DNA of 64,000 bases from an uncultured virus (IMG/VR IMGVR_UViG_3300033512_000271) (lineage: Duplodnaviria; Heunggongvirae; Uroviricota; Caudoviricetes): the IMG/VR virus record IMGVR_UViG_3300033512_000271; one strand, written 5' to 3'. Positions 61,801-64,000 of the stretch are shown here, one piece after another. Numbering within the stretch: position 1 is the stretch's first letter; each line of letters begins with the position of its first letter. Below the pieces are notes generated by a model. It searched no databases, was not told where the DNA came from, and saw nothing but the letters and a program-made list of their open reading frames with translations. The position numbers were made by a program, and so were the translations under genes.

Positions 61801-64000
61801 ACAATAGGCGACAGTAATGCAGGAAGCTCTATTTCAGTTTTCGGATACGCTATCTCCCAACTCTTAGACACCTTTAGATACCTGTTTGATATCATCTATT
61901 CGTTGAAAAACGAAATGCTGACCATCGGTGCTGTGGTGTTAAACATGCCCGTTATTGGTCTAGTAGCCAACATCTACAGAACATTGGTAGAGTTTCGTGG
62001 AGTACTCTATGAATTCGCTGACAATGTGGTGATGGTGTTTGGCGATTACACAGTAGGGCTGGCAGATGCAGAAGATGCAACACAGAGTTTTGGAAGAACG
62101 TTGATCTACATCTTCGCAGGGGTCTTGATAGCTATTGGTCTTATATCGTCCCCGTTGTACTTGCTCGCAGGAACTGTAACGGCGGTCGGGGCTTCAGTCT
62201 CGTCTGCATCTGTGTTTGTCGGTAGTGGGCTTGCCACCATTTCGGGGGCAGTGACCAACGCTACTACAAGCATGTTACTGCTTACCTCCACGTTCAAAGA
62301 GTCGTTGTTGGTGGCATTCCTCACCCCTATGAACGTGTTAAGTCTGTTCTTATCACTGATCACTACGTTCCAAGAGAAGATCGCATCAGTGCACAAAGCC
62401 CTGCTGGACTTCATTGCAGACATCACTGGTCAACGGAATATGGTTGTCAAGATGGAGTATGAGCCGCAAATACTCACTAAGAAGAAAGATACAGACGGCA
62501 ATCAAATAGTCGCCGACAGAACTACTCTGGGCAACACCCCATTGACACAAGCAGACATCACCTCAATGGGTGCTACTGGCAGACAGCAACAGAACAAGAT
62601 TGATACCCAGAATGCGTTTGCCAAGGATGCTGTCTCAGGGAACACTGCAGATAAATTCATCGTAGGGCTGACTGGGTTGACTCGTGAAATCCCCAATAGT
62701 ATTGAGAGAATAAAAGATTCAGCGACCAAAGCAACTGTGTACACCCCACCACTATCAGCTTTAGCAGCGATTACAAACACAGTGATGGCTGGGCGGACAT
62801 TGGGAGAAGGGCAGGAATTGGTATTAGTTGAAAAGTACACTGAATTGACTGGGGCTTCCACCAAGTTCATGACGCTGATATACGTCCTCATAGGGGCTGC
62901 CCTGCTTTTATTAGCAGCTTTCATAAAGGTCAGAATATCAGTGATGATGATGGAAGCTAAGGCGTTGGGTGAATTCAATGCGTTTAAAGCACAGCACACT
63001 GGAATCAAGAAGGGCAAGATCAAGCCTAAGTCATTAGCCAATGATGATGAACTGTCGTCAGAAGATTTTGTTATGTCTGGTACATTCAACGAATACTCCA
63101 GAAACGGTAAGCCAGTGTCAAAGATTGGTAGCTCAACTATCGACACTTTGTCCCATGCAGATGCTACTAAAGAGTATATGGCATATGTGAAATCCAATAA
63201 GACGGATTTGGTTGGGAAGAGTGATTGGATGAAGTTGCAGGTCAGTAAACTACGTGCTGAAAATGAGAAGCTGTCTACCATGACTTCTGAGTTTAAAGAG
63301 TCTGGTGGAATGGACTTGGAGTTCGTTGATAAAAGACTCGCAGTGCTGAAAGAGAAGGCTGGGGATTTAAAAGGCAAACACAACGCATATCAAGGAAGTA
63401 TTGATGAAGTGGTTAGGACTGTGTCGAAGTTAGAAGCTGAGGAGGAGAAGTTAAAAGCGAAGATCGACAAGTATCGGGGCATGCCTAAATTAAACGCACG
63501 TCAGAAAGACTCGTATTCTACAGCCCAACAGTCTTTAGAAGGTACTAAAGAACGGTTGAGTTACAACAAGGCGTTGATTAATAGGTTGCGTCAAGAAAAC
63601 AAAACAGCACTCATTGAAACCGAGGATGCTTACCAACGTCAAGAGATTGAGGTGAAGCAGTACGAAGACCTTCGCAAGAAGTTGATCAAAGGGAAAACTG
63701 TATCGGAGGCAGACATAAGTAAGAACATGTCTACCAACAGCGAGAAGATATTCCAGTACGAAGACTATCTCAAGAGACATTCCGCCACATCAGGTGGACA
63801 GTCGTTAGTGCAAATGTCTCTCAACAACATCAAGAGAGAAGGATACACTGAGGAAGACATAAACAATACACTGCGTTCTTCTAAACTGAACAACGCAAAA
63901 GTTAGCCCAAAGATTTTTTCACTCAAGTCCATGATGTCGTTTGGCACACTTGGGGACAATGTGTCACCACATGCTCTGAACTTATTCAAGCTCAACAAGT
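52825..64000 (+). CDS. tail tape measure protein (TP901/PhageMin_Tail type), at least 3,725 aa, 3'-truncated by the window; absent from ORF track
   Basis: Frame from ATG 52825 is open wherever read, including the last line. Motifs FEGLMTKVRAI, TTIASASDTA..LAG, MKYAAPV, LANQAIKGSNAGTALR and PHSPAKVGPL. Confidence 0.92.
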   Translation, partial: MSNPEERGVVVVTADTSQVDALSKSLTELEAASDSSTAAADALITKLKKLSEATRENAKAQEKQITFIQALDKMSSGSPFDKMFKGMDKMTSMLGRTNDLLGKMTSSTDAFNKSTSASASIISTNKNVVSQAAVAQTAYQVSVKKTTSDVGGMSSAVASATQNIGAASLIVANAVVNFDTFTDTVQTLSLAMIAASAASRAGGSATGAAVTAMTAGLNYGMNFAYLAILKFVGVLGVLGTAAIAATGYVTTFVTAMSSMNAASFVAMLKSIAIGLQGITVSSAISFLTSLPGMFARTAMSAKSLASTSFRSFIDGIKEIHVEAKKSSSGSSSEFLKLIDTITLLTRAAVGFHIITSSISALREMVWKTGVEFEGLMTKVRAIAFSDIGTSVEEITQAQTEFSKLQTEARNVAKTTIASASDTAKVLYTFALAGYSAMRMVAALGPVIKGAIATATDFSLMSTAFSDLFSAFHLEAEQSAWFVDMLAYAVNKANQEIRDLYEGMKYAAPVFQSLFGQMDGGKAAVYDLTTSVMLLANQAIKGSNAGTALRAIVLKLVSPMKMGAKVAEELGVAFEDMRLAQLADEGYAASLALKELGVDTMNTVGNMLPFRDILTQLSSALLPTIKLTNLLVDAQGRYVKQIKDSKGRVIRTKVLTEEEVSTEMKFGQQKQMGQSIGNAKAAAYLRKLGGIESATAFTILVKENQQFVDASGKKLMSSFDRLRNDLKTKAVGTVDKMYNAMVQSLEAKMKLVNSQLEEIGISVYEGIKPLFHLLIDQYNTFLGLVINALQAVGKFTSMLAGAFEPLLNWVSAIAAPLIQLVGLIASIAAAFVVWTTVAALVEVTLTGISLAATYLAPALVNVVVGLGLVSGGMLTLTGGILAVIAVFQIFNKDTLGGLVQVLKATMYIAATAIFTFSEAFIESFSSASSAVSGVVDVFYELLNAIGVLPAINSTVSMMNSLFTETGEVSVGFKNVLVDIGYYSSIAGGMLGGVLSAAIHGLIILLTPVTTLLSMFGSVIINFSSLLRGMPSDATTFGKSVSSVFGGIYEAAAWTYTEIDSIVQGIYSLFSSLKDDIEFIWEDLSSNSLFDSVIEGIDAVKQAWASFTSGMQGTEVGSISAMFGSLAEDSSMIVGVLLDELEIAFGQVGIALFNVFDAPLKAVYKFFNEIFSLFRQFTGMISLTDIAPIFESQQAPEAQSESQNQGGAASKQPSAITSFYKSGDVLASGTAFVTTFAGGVMAGLGYLISVIEFVTSSIDAYFPHSPAKVGPLGELDTSGESLITTFMKGVYDAATQADFSGLTTWAGRFFVVVETVVGGIKERLSGMFDITFSDVASSIQNLVLPEAQASQTSGVENKQTTLTPGQSHPVFLPPVGLLDKVTENFKAKHPGVLDVAVEVQSDLSDYIFSLDNQLRKVGSQFVGMWEDLVGFVGYVIQSVIDLLAQPAQGSEVFKTLAFEPATAIQDVELWLSARFHDISMWMDGLYESMKDSTTFLISNIPSLSGVLTSSWVSAQISSLSGWFNTFYNRIGDAYTFLFNGIASLELDGLGDNITLIASTWASNIQDAAAMLERAYLWLKDKFSGLMGYVNGWLSPSSTPSPSSTPSPSTTPASSFGKADVPSALPVFEKFKSSVSFDGRLPNNVLNSPFVMKGYKPQENVTDTQINKAASAIKTAIADGAVSLTSFPQDIQDALGGKEGKSMVEALRNNAAVTVKYSHQKDAADATLRSQSKFNTFGGALDSIANPEMFSTGLSKEKDIQQKHLSFIIDVDPLTYFLYAVEKGFVQLGVMWHTHVTQRITDTFGSDSWLSQGFEAFDAFFGWVLGAALKIAVPVARLIGSTFQTALGIIELTFFDIFETIVTGGAKIFASLFKIFVVDITSVGMSLYNIFGGLIGAVGHVFSAIAAVFTMDIAGAASHMSLAFQDVLSSLYHVGKGILALFYPGIADAISGVISGVLDIVVGVGRAGAEFYLMMGGLLNMKVLMIQLGAVWYDFMLRADLVRKIFDALGNMTATTIRLFEKLVGIDISKLWKGFVNIISSMKHLLSAVSKIYEAIKALIVEMFLMFKGTVQVLAILPVVGKFFRDVDVQLAQMANKRAMVMEVDLLPRTNAQKFIEASQDAIHASKVYGVKEAGALAAMGYSKTRSIDPEYTTESKYDTRRAPKFAPHTDLKELSRQQLTVINRFEKLKSASSVVGAEMRAAQITFLEKAVRWNATLVSMAVTASQAFRMYFREFLDFMAMVFPKSKSLFTSFAAAIDKQLVGFERAASAILFFNTGLSTTAGRMYAVSAVNKALASTLSMIASAARMAGSAVMTLLHPFIYLKDTVKYLNVTLGTSLSTIMMAITAVASFTEYYDRLLSFSDTIKVYVGIIMQPFESMAEGMYVLDHLLTSTETSEKAAVSFLAGFVAFLSMALLPMNLFVLGLMTLFTVINIKPEIASVIYMFFKNFGNWSDDATSSISSLGGVMSGFVNVTGQAFIGFFTMLMSVITGTINAVTSLSSLISTGLSSNLSNTLEVGSAGDSFSTMAGKRSNVDSSVWKTEFSARLKGMRDFAKSFGESDDSSLNLLPGMSITVADVKKALDFSAVKHVMPDFFKEYTGEIRRLDDASIKDRLQSNVDRGRKTRKSTDSGVNSLDQNAMNVDRMETASKDVVEVLSRTPVKIFDANVTDNVGFFASTLSKLNEALFSVYTGMQKFKLVDFSVALIGIGVLVLALTGSIGMLGFGIGGAVFIATAAIATLGQVIARMNDVFKSANNSKEFLEGYIPMLSLLGAAVGVVLPFLFGMNAVMLGIGLTITTVSLTFGLLMSYVDKLSLSFESMGQALGIGFKLMERNPFTAFAESIFYINSAISQFVGAKIFAAIDWAAPTVGIQATTLAVVGMVAALSYLTIPATVILPSVVLGFSLLGVAVTAVSFTVYNASKMLDLSFRDIQSSIEGLREVEVFGLVVLQAVSVMAAFAALSAGFTPLGIATAIAVVAFDMMATSLALLAVQINTIGDSNAGSSISVFGYAISQLLDTFRYLFDIIYSLKNEMLTIGAVVLNMPVIGLVANIYRTLVEFRGVLYEFADNVVMVFGDYTVGLADAEDATQSFGRTLIYIFAGVLIAIGLISSPLYLLAGTVTAVGASVSSASVFVGSGLATISGAVTNATTSMLLLTSTFKESLLVAFLTPMNVLSLFLSLITTFQEKIASVHKALLDFIADITGQRNMVVKMEYEPQILTKKKDTDGNQIVADRTTLGNTPLTQADITSMGATGRQQQNKIDTQNAFAKDAVSGNTADKFIVGLTGLTREIPNSIERIKDSATKATVYTPPLSALAAITNTVMAGRTLGEGQELVLVEKYTELTGASTKFMTLIYVLIGAALLLLAAFIKVRISVMMMEAKALGEFNAFKAQHTGIKKGKIKPKSLANDDELSSEDFVMSGTFNEYSRNGKPVSKIGSSTIDTLSHADATKEYMAYVKSNKTDLVGKSDWMKLQVSKLRAENEKLSTMTSEFKESGGMDLEFVDKRLAVLKEKAGDLKGKHNAYQGSIDEVVRTVSKLEAEEEKLKAKIDKYRGMPKLNARQKDSYSTAQQSLEGTKERLSYNKALINRLRQENKTALIETEDAYQRQEIEVKQYEDLRKKLIKGKTVSEADISKNMSTNSEKIFQYEDYLKRHSATSGGQSLVQMSLNNIKREGYTEEDINNTLRSSKLNNAKVSPKIFSLKSMMSFGTLGDNVSPHALNLFKLNK
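57601..57654 (+). repeat. 18-bp tandem repeat inside the tape measure gene (PSSTPS x2 plus degenerate PSTTPA)
   Basis: CCCTCTTCTACCCCCAGC twice, then a degenerate third copy. Confidence 0.85.

Noticed and set aside
52608..63998. Many minus-strand ORFs in the track
   Set aside because: They are antisense shadows of the single + strand tape measure frame.
1..64000. Stop-codon reassignment
   Set aside because: TAA, TAG and TGA all end well-supported genes; reading through the ligase TGA hits TAG within a few codons.
1..64000. CRISPR arrays, tRNAs, rRNA, integrase or transposase
   Set aside because: No spaced repeats, cloverleaf signatures or recombinase motifs were seen, and intergenic space is minimal. 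A tRNAscan/Infernal run would be needed to exclude them fully.

Overview
This window is a 64-kb segment of a large, highly divergent tailed dsDNA bacteriophage (Caudoviricetes, probably with a long tail). Coding is dense and almost entirely on the + strand. Replication, repair and nucleotide-metabolism genes dominate: MazG, an ATP-dependent DNA ligase split by a -1 frameshift, a UL9-like SF2 helicase, a DUF262 protein, class Ia nrdA and nrdB, DnaB, a SNF2 helicase, a family A DNA polymerase, an HslV-like peptidase, thyX, recA, two HU/IHF-like genes, SbcC and an Hjc-type resolvase. Scattered virion genes are a head morphogenesis protein, a neck protein, a terminase on the - strand, and a tape measure gene of at least 3,725 codons that runs off the right end and is missing from the ORF track. 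The most notable observations are: (1) a PolA fused to a primase-type zinc finger and apparently dead TOPRIM/UDG-like domains, with Asp at the steric-gate Glu position; (2) a recurring set of ORFs resembling enzymes with their catalytic motifs erased; (3) face-to-face sigma70 promoters and strand-alternating genes at the terminase/tape-measure junction; (4) a family of related pre-gene hairpins. All family calls come from motif recognition by eye; no database search was run.
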